DNA from: Moniliella sp. 'wahieum'
Taxonomy: Eukaryota
Assembly: GCA_003971905.1 (NCBI GenBank)
Contig: RSEE01000013.1
Coordinates: 868,001 to 932,000, forward strand
Reading direction: 5' to 3'
DNA length: 64,000 nt
The notes beneath the pieces are model-generated. The model was not told the origin of the DNA and made no database searches. It worked only from the letters and a program-made list of their open reading frames with translations. Position 1 is the first letter of the stretch. Each line of letters opens with the position of its first letter. Positions 1 to 12,632 of this stretch are shown here, in pieces. The translations under genes and the position numbers were made by a program.

Positions 1-1151
1 TGCATCTGCGTGCGCCGGCCGAACATGCACAGCTGCCCCCCAAATGCATCAGCCATCATCGACATCATCGATCATTGGCCAATCGACAACCACCCAAGAT
101 CTAATCCCACACCCTCCCCGCCGCCCACGCCCACGTTGCCAACGCCCTACCACCGCCTCTCCACTCCTCGCGATAGCATGCCGAGCATCTTCGACGCCCC
201 CCCCACACTGTCACTCACGCTTATCCACTCAGTACTCACATGCACTCACACTTCTCCACACTCACATTCTCACAGGTGCCAGTGATCTCGATCATGATCA
301 ACAGTAGTGACTATAGTGTTAGTGACTAATGGCTGCCCTCGTCTCTATCTCTCTCATGTCCTTAATTTGTCCTTCCTCCACGCTCCACCGGCCACCCTTC
401 AAGCTTCTCTCCTTGCCCTCCTGCCCGCACAGCCGCAACGGCGTCCATCTACATCCACACTGCCTACAGCCATAGTGGTCACCGTCACCAGCCACCTTTT
501 CGAACAGACTGTGTATCGAGTATCCTTCATTTTGCATCATTTTCCGATTCCTCCCTCCCCCCACTGCCCAGCCTCACCGGTGAGACTCACCAACTCCGCC
601 TCGCTGTTGCTCGGTGCGATTGACCCATGCTAATCGATTACACTCAAGCTCGCGCCCTCCCGCGCAGCGATATCGTCTTCCCGCCCCGTCACGCGTCACG
701 CATCCTCGTATGCCGACCACAGCGACCACCGTCAGCTACCGCTTCAACCGCCGATGATCGATGATCGATGATAGATGAGGACACCCCTGCTCCACCTTCT
801 TTTCACAATGAGTAATGACGTCAATGGCGGCACCGTCTTCGAGAATGTCGACGACGGGCACATGAGCACAGTCATCACGATGATAACACGTAACATGCAA
901 CACCTGTGGGCAGGGGCGTGATCGATGATCAATCATGGATAATCTCGATCAATGTCAGATCGAAGTAAAAAGGTAGTGGACTTGGGTCGACGGCGTGGTC
1001 ATATAACTGCTCGAACGCAGTCTCGGCAAGAGCCGCAGAAGAGACGTGGCACAGAACAGCCAGTCTACCACACCATCATGGCCACTCCATACCTGTCATA
1101 CCTGTTGCGCTCCATCACTTCTGTGTCCTGCATCCATCTTCCATTGCATAT

Positions 1152-1972
1152 TGTTACGGGCCGCGTCGGATCCAAGATGGTCTGATCCTAGCTAAGGCCG
1201 CCTGCTCTGCACCAACCCAGTGGAGCGCGCCCCCAAGCCCAACCAAGTTTGACGATGGTTGGTTGTACCCTGTACGGTGGTCCGAGTTGCCATGCGTACG
1301 CGCGACAGTAGTCGCCTCCCGCCCAAGTCCAAGTCGGTGGTCAAAACGAGACCACCAAGTATTCAGTATCTTTGCGACGTCCGTCGCCCGTCACCACTTA
1401 TTTTCCTTTCTCGATCGCGCCTGCGGCGATCAACCCCTCTTTTGACGTGCCTTTCTTTCTACACCCCTTTTGTGTCTGTTTCCCCTTTTTCGATTAAGCC
1501 TGTACCCCGGTGGGTGGGGGATCTTTTCCTCCACCCTCCATTTCGTCCCTTTCCCGCCTATCCTGTCCGACTCCTGCCCGTTTCCAGCCAATTGATCCAG
1601 TACAGGCAGCTCTTCTTGTTAGCGTCCGACTTCTCCTCCGACCTCGTCCTCCAGCCCCTCGTCAACCCCATCGCGCGAGCCCTCCTTTGGCCGCGGCGAT
1701 TCCCAGTCTCAGTTAAGGCAGTGTTTGTCCGCCGCTGCCTCCTCCCGTCCCTAAGTCCCGGAGGCTTCAGACACGTTACTACGGCCCAAGCCGGTGCAGA
1801 CGCAGCCTTGCCACACGTGCAGCCGCCCCACCAAAGGCCTCTCCTCGTCCCTAGCTCCGCTCGGATACACCAACCAGCCCAAGCCCGAAACTACCGTGAG
1901 TCGTCCTTCCGTCTCCTAAGGGATTGTACCCCAAGAACCTGGGTGAGCCCCTGGCGGGGCCCGCCCGTGACA
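1152..1972 (+). mobile_element. Solo LTR (821 bp) of an LTR retrotransposon, with 5-bp TSD CATAT
   Basis: Starts TGTTACGGG and ends CCCGTGACA (TG..CA, imperfect 9-bp inverted ends). CATAT is present on both sides (1147-1151, 1973-1977). Homologous to 41581-41953, 60294-61113 (rc) and 53498-54373 (rc). Strand is relative to the other copies only. Confidence 0.92.
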
Positions 1973-2277
1973 CATATACTTCGTATACTCTGCTGCTAAT
2001 AGTAAAATGTCTTCGTCAAAGATGATGATTCTGTACGCGGTAATAGCGCTTGTGTCACGGTACCGCTTGTCATCTCGATCTCACAAACGGGCGTCGCAAA
2101 AACAGGGGAGGGAAATGGAAAGGGAGAACAAGAGTAGGGGACCGACAGAAGGGCGAGGGAGATCGCTGATATACCCTTCATAAGGTCTCTCCCTATGCAG
2201 GCAACGAAATTTTTCGTCCAAGAAAGAAGAGAGAAGGGAAAGTGGGTACGAAATGAGAGGGGGGCACTTGGCGCCCA

Positions 2278-4566
2278 TCAATTATGACTGGTCAAAGTCC
2301 AGTCGTCCAGGGCCACGTTCTTTGGCTGCTTGGCGTCGTCGGCGCCCAAATCATCCCACTGCGGCTGCCACCAAGTCTGGACTGTCTGGTTCTGCCCGGG
2401 TTTAAGGGCAATGGTCAAGGTGGTCACACCGTCGTTGGAAGGATTAGTAAAGGTGTCCGCGTAGGACTTGCCCTTGCCCGCTGGACTGCTGGTTTTAAAC
2501 TTGGCATCGGCCGGGGAGAGAAGGGAGAGCTTGAGGGTCTTTTTGGCTACGGGGATGGTCAAGTCAGTGGCGGCATTGGGGTTGGTGATCTTATCGATGG
2601 TCAAGGTGGCCGTTCGGGCATCCGACGCAAGTTCGACCGTCGCATTGGTCTGAATCCGCCATTGCACCCGCTCTTGCCCACGGAACTGGCAATTTCATCT
2701 TGCTGCAGCACTTGGCGCCGCGAGTTGAGCGGACGAATGCCCCGTTTGACCGAGCCGGCCGTTGCGTTGTACAACCCACTCAGGTCGGTCACAAAGAAGG
2801 CCGTGTCGTCGTCCGAAGGCTTAAAATCAATCTCCTCTGTCTGCTGCGCCGACTTGGCTGAGCCAAAGCGCGAGGTGGGTACCGCTTCCACGTTCTGGTC
2901 CTTGCCATCGACCACGATCGTGTTTTGACCGAGGGTGCGCTTACGGAAGTAGGTCCAGCGTTGGGCCGTCTGCTCCTCCGAGGTAAAGTAGCCAGGGGAG
3001 AGATACTGCGCTGAGCCAAACTCACCTGCCCACCGGGTCCCCAGCGCATCAATCACAAAGTCGCCACCGTCCAGATCTCCGTGGGTCTGATGACCAAGAA
3101 GCTTGGACGCCTTCATGCCAATGTACAATCCGTTAAAGTCGGTCCACGAAGAGCGCATGCTCATCCAGGTACCGTTCCCGCCCGACTGATTGAAATGCTG
3201 ATCGAGGTTTTTACCGTTCCAGAACGCACCCTTGGCCGTCTCATCGTACCAGAACAGCGCCAGCGGGTCCCCCAGCGCATCTGCACGATCCCTCTGGTAG
3301 AGAGTGAATTGAGGCTGCTTGTACTGCTTGCCCCACCAAAGCATACCGTTGGCGTTGGAGGAGTACTTGTTGGGGCCATGGTCGCCGTATGCAAACAGCC
3401 CGGCATTGCCCGCCACATACATGTGGAACGTTCCCGTCTTCCAAAAGGAGGTGCTCAAGCCTTGGTTGGAACCTGTAGCAGAGATCAAGGCCGACTCGGC
3501 ACGTACGGCGGCATTGGTGCCAAAGTACCAGTAGTTGGGCGTCTCGGGCCAGGTACCGTCGGCATAGGGGCCTTGGAAACAGTTTTGCTTGATGTTGCCT
3601 AGCGCCGCGTCGAATACTTTGTCCGCCGTCTGGGCCGGGTCATCACTGGCATCCCCTTTAATGGCCAACGCACCCAACAGCAAACCCGAGTTGCATACGC
3701 AGTTCCAGTTGCCAAATCCGTTGGACGCCTGGGTCCACCACCCGGTGGTCGCGTTGCCATTGTATGCGTCCTGACCTGGTTTGAGGCCGAGAGAGATGAT
3801 GCTCCAACGGATCGCTTCGCGCTGTTTGGGCGTCCATGCATCGTACAGCCAATCGTACCCAATCGCAAACGCCGCCGTCATTTCGCCCGTATCGAGGAAA
3901 TGGGACGGGTTCCAGTGCTGGTCCGGGAGCGGTGCAGGGCCCTGGCCAAACGGTGGGATGTGTTGCCGGCTGCAACGTGAAGTTCACGCCAGACACGCTT
4001 GCTCCATTTCTTGTCCTGGGTAAGGCGGTAGACATACGACCAAGCCCGCACACGCTGCTGCACTTGACGCGATACATCCAAAATACCCGAGCCAGCATAG
4101 CCGCCGTCAATGGAGTAGTTGACCGGCGCCATGGAGTACCAGGCGGTGGCGTTGGCGAAAACTGAGGCGTTCATCGCTGCAGATACGGATCCCCCTTGAT
4201 GCGATCAGGCAGACAATCCCACATGTAGCTGGGGGCAATGATGCGCGGGTGGGAGCGGAGCTTGCTTGTTGAAAGAGCCGAGGAGGACGGGTCCTTGCAC
4301 TGCACCGAAGGGTCCCCGTTCCCACTCGGGGCCGAGGTGTCGACATTGTCCTTAAACTGGGGGTTGCCGTACGGATCGGTGCCGTTGTAGTAGACCTCTT
4401 CTGTCGTTGCTTTGGCGCGCTTGTCCATCACCGGGGCCAGGTGGCGGCGGGTCAACAAGGCATCAATGCCGTCGTGGCTGCGTGCGGGGACACGGACCAT
4501 AGATGCGTCTGTGGTCTGGAGGGCAACGGCAGCCGCCAGCACAGCTGCCATGGCTAGGCTGCGCAT
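2278..4566 (-). CDS. Secreted heparinase II/III-like polysaccharide lyase (alginate/chondroitin-lyase-like fold), frameshifted in this assembly
   Basis: Signal-peptide-like MRSLAMAAVLAAAVALQTTDAS. Motifs HPRIIAP, AFAIGYDWLY, NWNCVCNSG, WPETPNYWYFGT and THGDLDGGDFVIDALGTRWAGEFGS are spread over ORFs 4171-4596, 3878-4174, 2601-3881 and 2278-2667. Confidence 0.85.
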
Positions 4567-5143
4567 GTTGGTGAAAGAGTGTGGGGAGGGGGTCAAAGGA
4601 GTGTGCGTGTATGTGGGGGGGGGAGAAGAAGAAGCAGAAGCTGAGGGTATGGGGGTGGTGGGTGGAAGGAGACCGCTGTGCTAATAGGGATGTATGATGA
4701 GGAGACGACAATCCAGAGTATAACATTTGTAAACTGCTGCCAGAGCACGGCGGGCGAGGGGGCACAGCGCCAGTGTCTCGCTGTTGCTCCACTCGCTCCG
4801 CTCTGCTCGCGCTGCTTTTGCTTTGCCGCGCCTCCTCTCGCGCTCTCGCTCTCGTCCCCTGGCGCGGTTGAGAGTGCCTGCCCCCCTCCCCTCAAGCTAG
4901 ACACACCCCCTTGGGCCATGCCCCAACGGCCCAAGAGACCTCCAAGCGCTGGCGCAAAATCGGCCTATATATCAACGGCAGCCACACATACCCTCACTGT
5001 AACACCCTCCAGCGTGATAAAGAGTGTTGTGGCTCTGATCATGATCTCAGTAGCGGATCCAACAGGGCATTACGCTAGCCTATTCACCTAGGGCCACATG
5101 CAGAGCTTGCAGTGAGATTATTCATGACTCCCAAACAAAAAAG

Positions 5144-5240
5144 TGGTCAATATGAGGCTTGAACTCATGACCTTGGCATCACCAACACTTTTCAAAGAAA
5201 TGTATTAGTACCACGCTCTGACCAACTGAGCTAATCGACC
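5144..5240 (-). tRNA. tRNA-Ile(AAT) with 23-nt intron
   Basis: Reverse complement is GGTCGATTAGCTCAGTTGGTCAGAGCGTGGTACT-AAT-A[CATTTCTTTGAAAAGTGTTGGTG]ATGCCAAGGTCATGAGTTCAAGCCTCATATTGACCA. Acceptor, anticodon and T stems pair, and a T-run Pol III terminator follows (5133-5142). Confidence 0.93.
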
Positions 5241-5388
5241 GGATGGCAGTCTTTTGTCGTCACTGGTTGGCCCTAAAGGATGCCTACCTGAGGATGTCGT
5301 ACGGGAGGCGGCAGGGCGCTGCAGTGCGGCGGTTGCAACCCTCACGCCTCACATGCCACATGCCACTCCGCTGCCCAACCCTACCACC

Positions 5389-7378
5389 ATGGCCGCCGCC
5401 GACCCCCCGCCGCTCCGCCGCGGCCGCCGTCGGCATCAGCGCCCGCGCCCTCATCCTCACCAGCCTCGGCGCCTCCGCCTCCGCCTCCGTCTGCCCCCGC
5501 ATCCCCCCCTCCTGCCCCCACCGCCGCGTCTGCCCCCATCATAATGCACACCGTCCTTCCGCCTCTCCACAGCGGGCTCCAGCCTCGCCCTATGACTTGA
5601 ACATGCAGATGCAATTGGCTGTCGCCGCTGCCGGCGGCAGCGGTGGGCCCGCAGCGTGATGCGTCGGCCGGGGAGCAGGCCGATGCGACCCAAGGCGGGC
5701 CAACCACCTGCTGCTTGGACATATCCGCCTGGCTTTGACGCGCTCCAAGCGGGTTGGTGCCGTTTGTTTCGATTGCGACGGGCCCGGTCAAGGTGGATGC
5801 CAGCAAACGGCACTCTCTGTACAACACTGGCGGCAATACCATTGGTCGCAAGGCGTGGCTCCCCGAAGAGACAGAGGCGCTCATGTCGTCGTTGCACGAA
5901 ATCTGCTCCTTCAAGCAGGAGTACAATGGGATTCAGCCGTATGCGATTGTGTTGCGCTGGCACGGCGTTGGCGGCGTGCGCTCTAGCATCTTGGCCATCC
6001 GGAACAACATGCAGCTCAAGGACAAGTCGCGCAACGAACTGCTGCGCCTCAAACGCGCCAACCAACCCATTCCGTTCTGGAAGAACCTGCTGCACAAGAC
6101 CCTGTGGGTACGTTGCGTCCTGGCCTGTTCCTCCTTCCCACTGTACCACTAACTCGTTCCCCGCGCGAAGAACGACGAGGCGCAAGGGGTAATCGTCGAG
6201 GCCAACCCGCCTGTTCCTCCCTTGGACCAAGCATTGGAGCACGGCTGGGTACCAAGCGACTTTGGTGGAGGCCATGGCGATGAACACGGAATGCCTGGCA
6301 CCCGAGCCCGTGCGGCGCGCGAGGCGGCAGCGGCGCGGAAGTTGCGCCGCTCTCGCCAAACCGAGGAAGAGCAGAAAGGGCTAGGGATGGAACAGGGACT
6401 GGATGCGCAAAATCAAGCTCAGGCTCAAGCTCAGGCGGTCTTGGCCTACCTTCCTCCTCCCCCGCCCACTGTTGCCGTGCTCCCAACACCTCAGCACAGC
6501 CAAGTACCGACGCTGCTGCCTACGCCGCACACGATGCCGAGGTGGATAAGGGACAGAACAAGAAACGCAAACACGTTGAGACGGATGCGTTGGCATCTGC
6601 TACAGCCTCTATGGGCAGAGACGAAGAGGCAAACGCCTTGCGGCGGTACCAGTTGGATACGCAGGCGGCCACCGCATCGGCCGCAGCTGCGCAGTTACAC
6701 ATCCAGGCGCAACAAGCCGCTACCTCGTACACGGCCGCTGTTAACCAGCAACAACAGCCAGGCAAACAATCTGCCAGTTCGCAGCGCAAGGCCAATGCCA
6801 ATGCCAAGATCGCCTCGCTTCACGCTGCTGCCCACCACGCAGCAGGCTGCGGCCCAGGCCAGCATTCATGCCTGGCACTTGCACATGCAGCGTTTCCTTC
6901 CGGACCCTTCCCAGGCGGCGAACGCGGCGCAAGCGGCCGTCGCGGCCGGGCAGGCGGGGCTGGCGGGGACGGACATGGCCCATTTCCAGTCGCAAATGCA
7001 GCAGTACGCAGCACATGTGGAAGCCCACGCGGTGCGTACCAGCCTGCTGCTCCTGCTCCCGAGCCGCTGGATACGCCCAAGAAGAAGCGCTCTAAGTCCA
7101 ATTCCGTCGAGCCTGTCGATACGTCGCAGGGCGCGCCTGCTCCTCCCGATCCCGCGCCCCCGCCGTCACGCAGGACGCGGCTGCACACGCGGCCAACCAG
7201 GCATTGCAGTCGCTCGAGAACGGAGCGTGGAACTTGCCCTCGCTCGTTCGAATCCTGGGAATGCGTCTGTGCATCTCCCTCCTTCCAATCCTACCTCCGC
7301 CCGGCCCCGGACACGGAGCAGTCAACAGCCGCGCCTGGGGGCGCCCCTTCGCCGCCATCAGAGGGCCAGGCAGTTTAG
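5389..7378 (+). CDS. Telobox-type Myb/SANT domain protein (Tbf1/TRF-like) with Q/A/P-rich C-terminus
   Basis: RKAWLPEETEALM...IVLRWHGVGGVRSSILAIRNNMQLKDKSRNELLRLKRANQPIP resembles the fungal Tbf1-type Myb (HGxxGxxSxxLxxRNxxQLKDKARN). Intron GTACGT..CTAAC..AG at ~6108-6170. Both ends were reconstructed across frameshifts. Confidence 0.7.
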
Positions 7379-7850
7379 TTGTGGTGCATGTGCTCTGCGA
7401 AGATCACCGGTGCGGATGAACTGGTTGTATTTGTCCCCCCTCTCCCCCTCTCCCTGCCCTTCCCTGCCGCCTTTTCATTAGAAGTGTTAATGTGTTTTCT
7501 TACCTGCGCCTTGGCTTAATGGTTCCATTTCTGGCCTCCACACGCGAAGGTGCCTCCGTGCCCCCACTGGATCTGCTCTTTGGTTGTTGTACATTTGCCT
7601 ATGATTGGTCATCCCATGCTCTGCTGCTCATACTGCTCTCTGTTCCCGCTCCCGTCGCGTCCACAATGAATCCTAGTCCCAGGCAGTACATGGATCGAGG
7701 GGACTGGGGTGGCCAACGTCCTGGTTCTGTCCGGCCATCTAGACCACCGTTACTGCATCACACGAGCCAGATGTATACAATTGACAGGATCAAAGCACAA
7801 ATGAGGGATGGGATTGCGGCCGCAGTGCGGCGAGGGGCGCTGAGCCGCGC

Positions 7851-9415
7851 TCAAAGGTCCTCGTGGCCCTCGACCGGGGCGTCCTCAAACAGCTCGGGCT
7901 CGGTGGGGGTGACCTTGTTCACCCCATTCTCGGCGATAAAGTCGATAAACGAGTCGAGGGAGCGGTCGCCAGTAAAGTCAATCAACTCCTTGGTGCCTGC
8001 CTTCTTGAACTTGATCGTGGGGAAGGAGCGCACCTGGAAGCCCGCACTCGGAGGCACGTCGTTCGTCGTCGCGTCCATCTTGGCAATCACCAGCTTGGAC
8101 TTGGCCGCAGGCGAGGAGAACTTGCTTGCCAACTCATCGTACACTGGGGCCAGCTTCTTGCAGTGGCCGCACCAGGGTGCGTAGAACTCCACCAGCACAT
8201 CCTTCGCATCGTCAAACACCACCTCATCAAACTCGTCGGCGACAAGCGTGTACACAGGCTCGGTTTGCTTCGAAGGCACTGGCTCCGACTTGATCGAGGG
8301 CGCCACCTTGCCCTCCGAGTACTCCTGTACCCACTCGGCCAGACCCTCCGTCACCGCGCTCCCAGTGTGGGAGAAGGGATACTTGCCTGCCGTCGACAGG
8401 TCTTGGATCACAAACGGGCCAGTCATCGCCTTGCACATTGAGTGCCTTGGCATGGTTGAAGAACTTGTCGGCATCAATCCAGACAAAGTTGATCTTGTTC
8501 TTGTACTCCTTGGCAATCTTCTTAATCACCTCCAAGTCGGCGTTTTTCCCTCGTAGTTGGGCTGAGTAAAGTAGTAGGCCAGCGGCAGACCGGCCTCAGC
8601 GTAGGACATGAAGTTCTCCGGCCCCACCTCGTCCACCAACGGAACCGACTGGGCCTTGACAAACGCCGTCAGAGCATCAACATCGGTCTTGTCACCGTCG
8701 TACACCACTTCGGGCTCATCAAACGAGCGGTAGAGCACAATGGAAGGCTGGGTGGCACTAGTGGCTTCGGCAGCGCTGGCTTCGGTAGCAGGCCAAACAA
8801 GTAGGATTCCCGGTTTGCCTCAGCGACCTTCTTGTACGCCTTGGCTTCCTCCGAGTCGGCCGAGGGAAGGTAGGCGACCGCCACTACCTTCTCGGCCTTG
8901 GTGAACGTCGTCACGTTCGAAGCGTCAACGTAGGAGGTGGGGGGCAGAGCTGCTTGCGCATGTACGAGACAATCCCGTCGGCCTTGCGGCTGCCGCTGTA
9001 GTCGGCCGGCACGCCATTGCGGAAGACCTTGAGGGTGGGGAAGCCCTCGATTTGGTATTCACTGCACAGCGCCTGTTCCTGGGTGCAGTCGACCTTGGCC
9101 AACTTGATGCCTTCGGACTTGAGCTCGGTGGAGGCCGTCTCGTACTCGGGTGCGAGCGCCTGGCAGTGGCGGCACCAGGGCGCAAAGAACTCGACCAGCA
9201 TCAGGTCCTGCAGCGAGGCAGAGAGGGTCAGCCGCAGCTCAGCGACTGTGGCAACGCACGTGCCACACACGTACCTGGTCATCCACGTTCTTCTTGAACG
9301 AGCTTTGCTGGAGGGAGAGCACATTGCTGTCGGGCGACTCGGTGGCCGAGGCGGGGAGCAGGGTGGCCACCGACACGAGGGCAGCGAGCGCTGTGACCTT
9401 GGAGCTGAGCTTCAT
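7851..9415 (-). CDS. PDI1: Protein disulfide isomerase
   Basis: Signal peptide [24 protein letters not shown]. Thioredoxin motifs FFAPWCRHC and [10 protein letters not shown], b/b' domains, and C-terminal ER-retention-like HEDL. Intron 9208-9274. Confidence 0.95.
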
Positions 9416-9561
9416 GGCGGGGGAGGTGGTGGGGGAGGTGGGCCGAGGGGCGGGGCAGGAGACGCGCTTTAGTAGGTGGAGGTTAGGCCTGCTCGCTCCG
9501 TGGCTTCTGCTCCGAGGCGTGCGCAGGCCCACGGGGGCAGTCTCCACCGGCCGGCAGCCCA

Positions 9562-9642
9562 CCACGTGGAGCCTGCCACGTCGCCGCGGGGCCGTCGGCT
9601 GCCACGTGGAGCCACTTGGGGGGCCTGCCGACGGTGACGTCA
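9562..9642 (-). promoter_or_regulatory. Cluster of ACGT-core bZIP (UPRE-like) sites upstream of PDI1
   Basis: CCACGTGG 9562-9569, GCCACGTCG 9575-9583, GCCACGTGG 9601-9609 and TGACGTCA 9635-9642, all 150-230 bp upstream of the PDI ATG. PDI is a canonical UPR target. Confidence 0.55.
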
Positions 9643-10224
9643 GCGTCTGCGTTTCGCAGCGCAAGTGCCGATGAGGTAAGCACCGGGCCTCGCCAACACA
9701 AACAAAATCGTCTGAAGTCAGAGGCGAGCAGCGGTCACCTGGTCACCCGGTCAGGCCTCTCACAGGCCTTACCTCCGGCTGCTGCGCTAGCTAGCCCCGG
9801 CGGTCGGCCTTAGGGAGCCTGCAGCGCCCACACCCATAATTCTGGGCTGTGCGCTCGGTCAGGCTCGGCAGACCGGTATTTAGCCTGCCATTGCAGGCAG
9901 CCAGCCGGCTGCCTTGGTCTTCTGCATAGTCCCCATGGCGGTGACGGACTGAGCGACTGGTTGCCCCGGAAAAGATATGTTCCGACGCTGCACACTGGCG
10001 CTTTGACTGTTGTTGAGGCTGCTTCATCCCATCTGCGGACGGGGTGATGGAGCGCATGCCACTCTGCTTCTACCTTTTCCAGGCGGGCCACAACGATCCT
10101 ACAACCTTGGATGATGCGAGCCTCTCTCGCCGCACGGCGCCACAACGAATCGGATCGGGTTTGGGCTGCGTTAATTCACCCGGCGAACCCATGGTGCCCT
10201 ACACGCCCCTCCCCCCGCCTCCGA

Positions 10225-10903
10225 TCATGGCTCGGCCTCCAGGCCGGCACCATAGAGGGTGATCCGCCAAAGCTGTCGGTGCTACCGTGCAGAGTTAGGC
10301 GGAACGTCGACGCAGTTTCAGAGGGAAGCCCACTCAATCTGAGGATTCCAAGGACCAGAATAACAGTCAGTAATCGGACCCTCAACCACCCTCCCAAGCC
10401 CATCGACACGCCTGGCTCGTTGTGAGCAGCACCGTCACAGGGACAGAGGCAAGATGATCGCTCCAATGGGGCACAGCAAGGCGGAGAAAACATACCCAAA
10501 CGATTGCGTCGCATTGCTGTCCTCGGGCCAGACCTCGGCCAAGTCGGTCCATGAGCCGTGTACCCTGGCGGAAAGGGTGGCGCTAATGGCGCTATACCCC
10601 CCTTGAAACGTCAAGGAGAGCGCCTTGAGCCGGGGAAGGGCGACTGCCAACGTGGCTTCCGGTAGGTCGTCAGGTACCTCGTCCAAATCGTCCAGTTCTT
10701 CTTCGCTGTCTGGGTCGGTGTCGGGAGGACGGAGGGTGAACCAGAGGGTATGCACCACAGAGGACGGATCGAGCTCCGAAGCCGGGTCGCCAGCTGACGT
10801 CCAGGACGTCTCTGGCGAATCGTCGACGAGGGTCTTAGCTTCGCTCGCTGATCCGGACGATACCCTGATCATGCACACACACCACATCGGTCAGTTTGGG
10901 CAT
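10225..10903 (-). CDS. NR2C2AP/TRA16-like protein (galactose-binding-like fold)
   Basis: RVSS...LVDDSPETSWTS...LSLTFQGGYSA...WPEDSNATQSF [GTATGT intron at 10495] ...LTLHGSTDSFG follows the NR2C2AP motif order (RVSS, ETCWNS, FQGGF, PEDNN, TDFFGR). Confidence 0.75.
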
Positions 10904-11273
10904 TGTATACATTGCATCTGTTGTGTCTGAGGAATAACGTACTTGACAAGTGTGGAGGGTGTGAAGAGATTGACCATGATAAGGCAGCGATGGGGAAAAA
11001 GGATGGCCTTGGTCCTTGAAGCAAGGCGGTCCAAGGCGATGCACTCTCATCAAATCAGCGATGAAGTCATCTAGAGACCCAGGGTGGAAATCGACGTTTT
11101 TTATTCTTTTTTTTTTCTTGCGCGGCGCAACCGAAACAGGGCTACTAGGTGGGTTTCTTCTCCATGGCAATTCTCGTGTTGTTCATCTCCCCACACCATC
11201 TCTTGCGACGGAAGACTGCGGATCGAACTTACCCCCCCCCCCCGACCCCTCCGCCACTTTCCTCCTACTCACC

Positions 11274-12632
11274 ATGCACCCCGACCCGGCGTTCGATTCC
11301 GAGTGGGAGTGCGAGTCGGTCTGGGACCCCATGCGGATGCTGCAGTGCAGTGGACGCAGGTGCCAGCACCAGAGCTGCTGCTGCGGTACCCCGATGCGAT
11401 CAATGTGTGTGCGCCCATGGTGCGTACTCGAAAATGCCTTTCGTTCGCTCGTGTCTCTGTACAATACCCAGATTACCACTACCCCCATGATTCTGCCGCT
11501 GAGTTCAGCGTTCCTCCCTGGCCCGCGACTCGGACTTCTCTTCCAGGTTTTGAGCGTGGCTTCTTTGCATTTGAAAAGGCGGCTTCACGTCGCCAGCGCC
11601 TTCTTGCTCTGCAGCAAGCCGAGGGAAATAACGCAGAGGAGAAGGATACCGTTAAGGACACGAGGAGTATGTTCGTGGCGCGCTTATATGCCAGATGGCC
11701 GCGCACGACCCCAAGGCCCTGGCCGACGCGGCCGAGCTTATCGCCCCGCATGTGGACGGGATCGACCTCAATTGTGGCTGGTACGTACCCCCTCCTCCCC
11801 TGCCTCCGATTCACTGGCGCTGACCCACCCAGTCCGCAGCCGTGGGCGTACAGCGAGGGGATCGGGTCGGCACTGCTGCGCCAACCGGAACGGTGCGTGA
11901 TCTGGTGCGCGCTGTCAAGGCACGTCTCGGCGACGGGTACTGCGTTAGTGTCAAAATCCGTGTCGACCCAGATCTGCGCCGGACAGATCAACTGGTACGA
12001 ACAGCGCTCCATGCCGGCGCATCTATCTTGACTGTGCATGGGCGGACACGGCAGCAGTCGTCCGACTCGCACCCCGTCGACCTGGACGCTATCAAGTTTG
12101 CTCTTGATACCGCACGGGCGTGCGGGAGCCAGACGGCTTCCCCGTCGGCGCCTACGGGGCCAGAGGGAGGTTGCGATTACGAAGGTGGCGGCGCGGGGGG
12201 TACAGTGCCCTGCATGGCTAATGGGGATGTGTGGTCGTTGGCGGACGCGCGGGAAATGAGGCGAAGAACAGGTGCACAGGGGATTATGAGCGCCCGTGGC
12301 TTGCTCGCCAACCCAGCACTCTTTTCCGGTCACGCCGTCACCCGCTCGAGGCTGTGCGGGAGTTCGCCATCCTTTCCACTGCCCTGGGTGGGATGCCGTC
12401 CCAAAATACCCACCGCCACTTGGCGTACATGCTCGAGTCCCGCTTGTCCCGCAACGAGCTCGTTAGCTTCAATGCCTTGTCGAGCACCGCCGGGGTACTG
12501 GACTACCTCACTTACCAGGGCTTGTTCGGGACGGGGGGATTGGTCCTTGATCCATGGGACACCGGCCTGGTTCCGCCCAACTTGGACTGGTCTTCTTCCC
12601 TCATCTCGAAGCGGGTGCCTCTCCAGGCTTGA
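11274..12632 (+). CDS. DUS4: tRNA-dihydrouridine synthase (DUS4-like)
   Basis: NVCAPMVR, FRSLVSLYNTQITTTPMIL, QPWAYSEGIGSALL, VSVKIRVDPDL, LTVHGRTRQQ, ANGDVWSL, GIMSARGLLANPALF. Confidence 0.85.

Noticed and set aside
1259..1999. 246-aa ORF in the LTR and similar ORFs in other copies
   Set aside because: No retroelement motifs, and the frames are not preserved over their length between copies.
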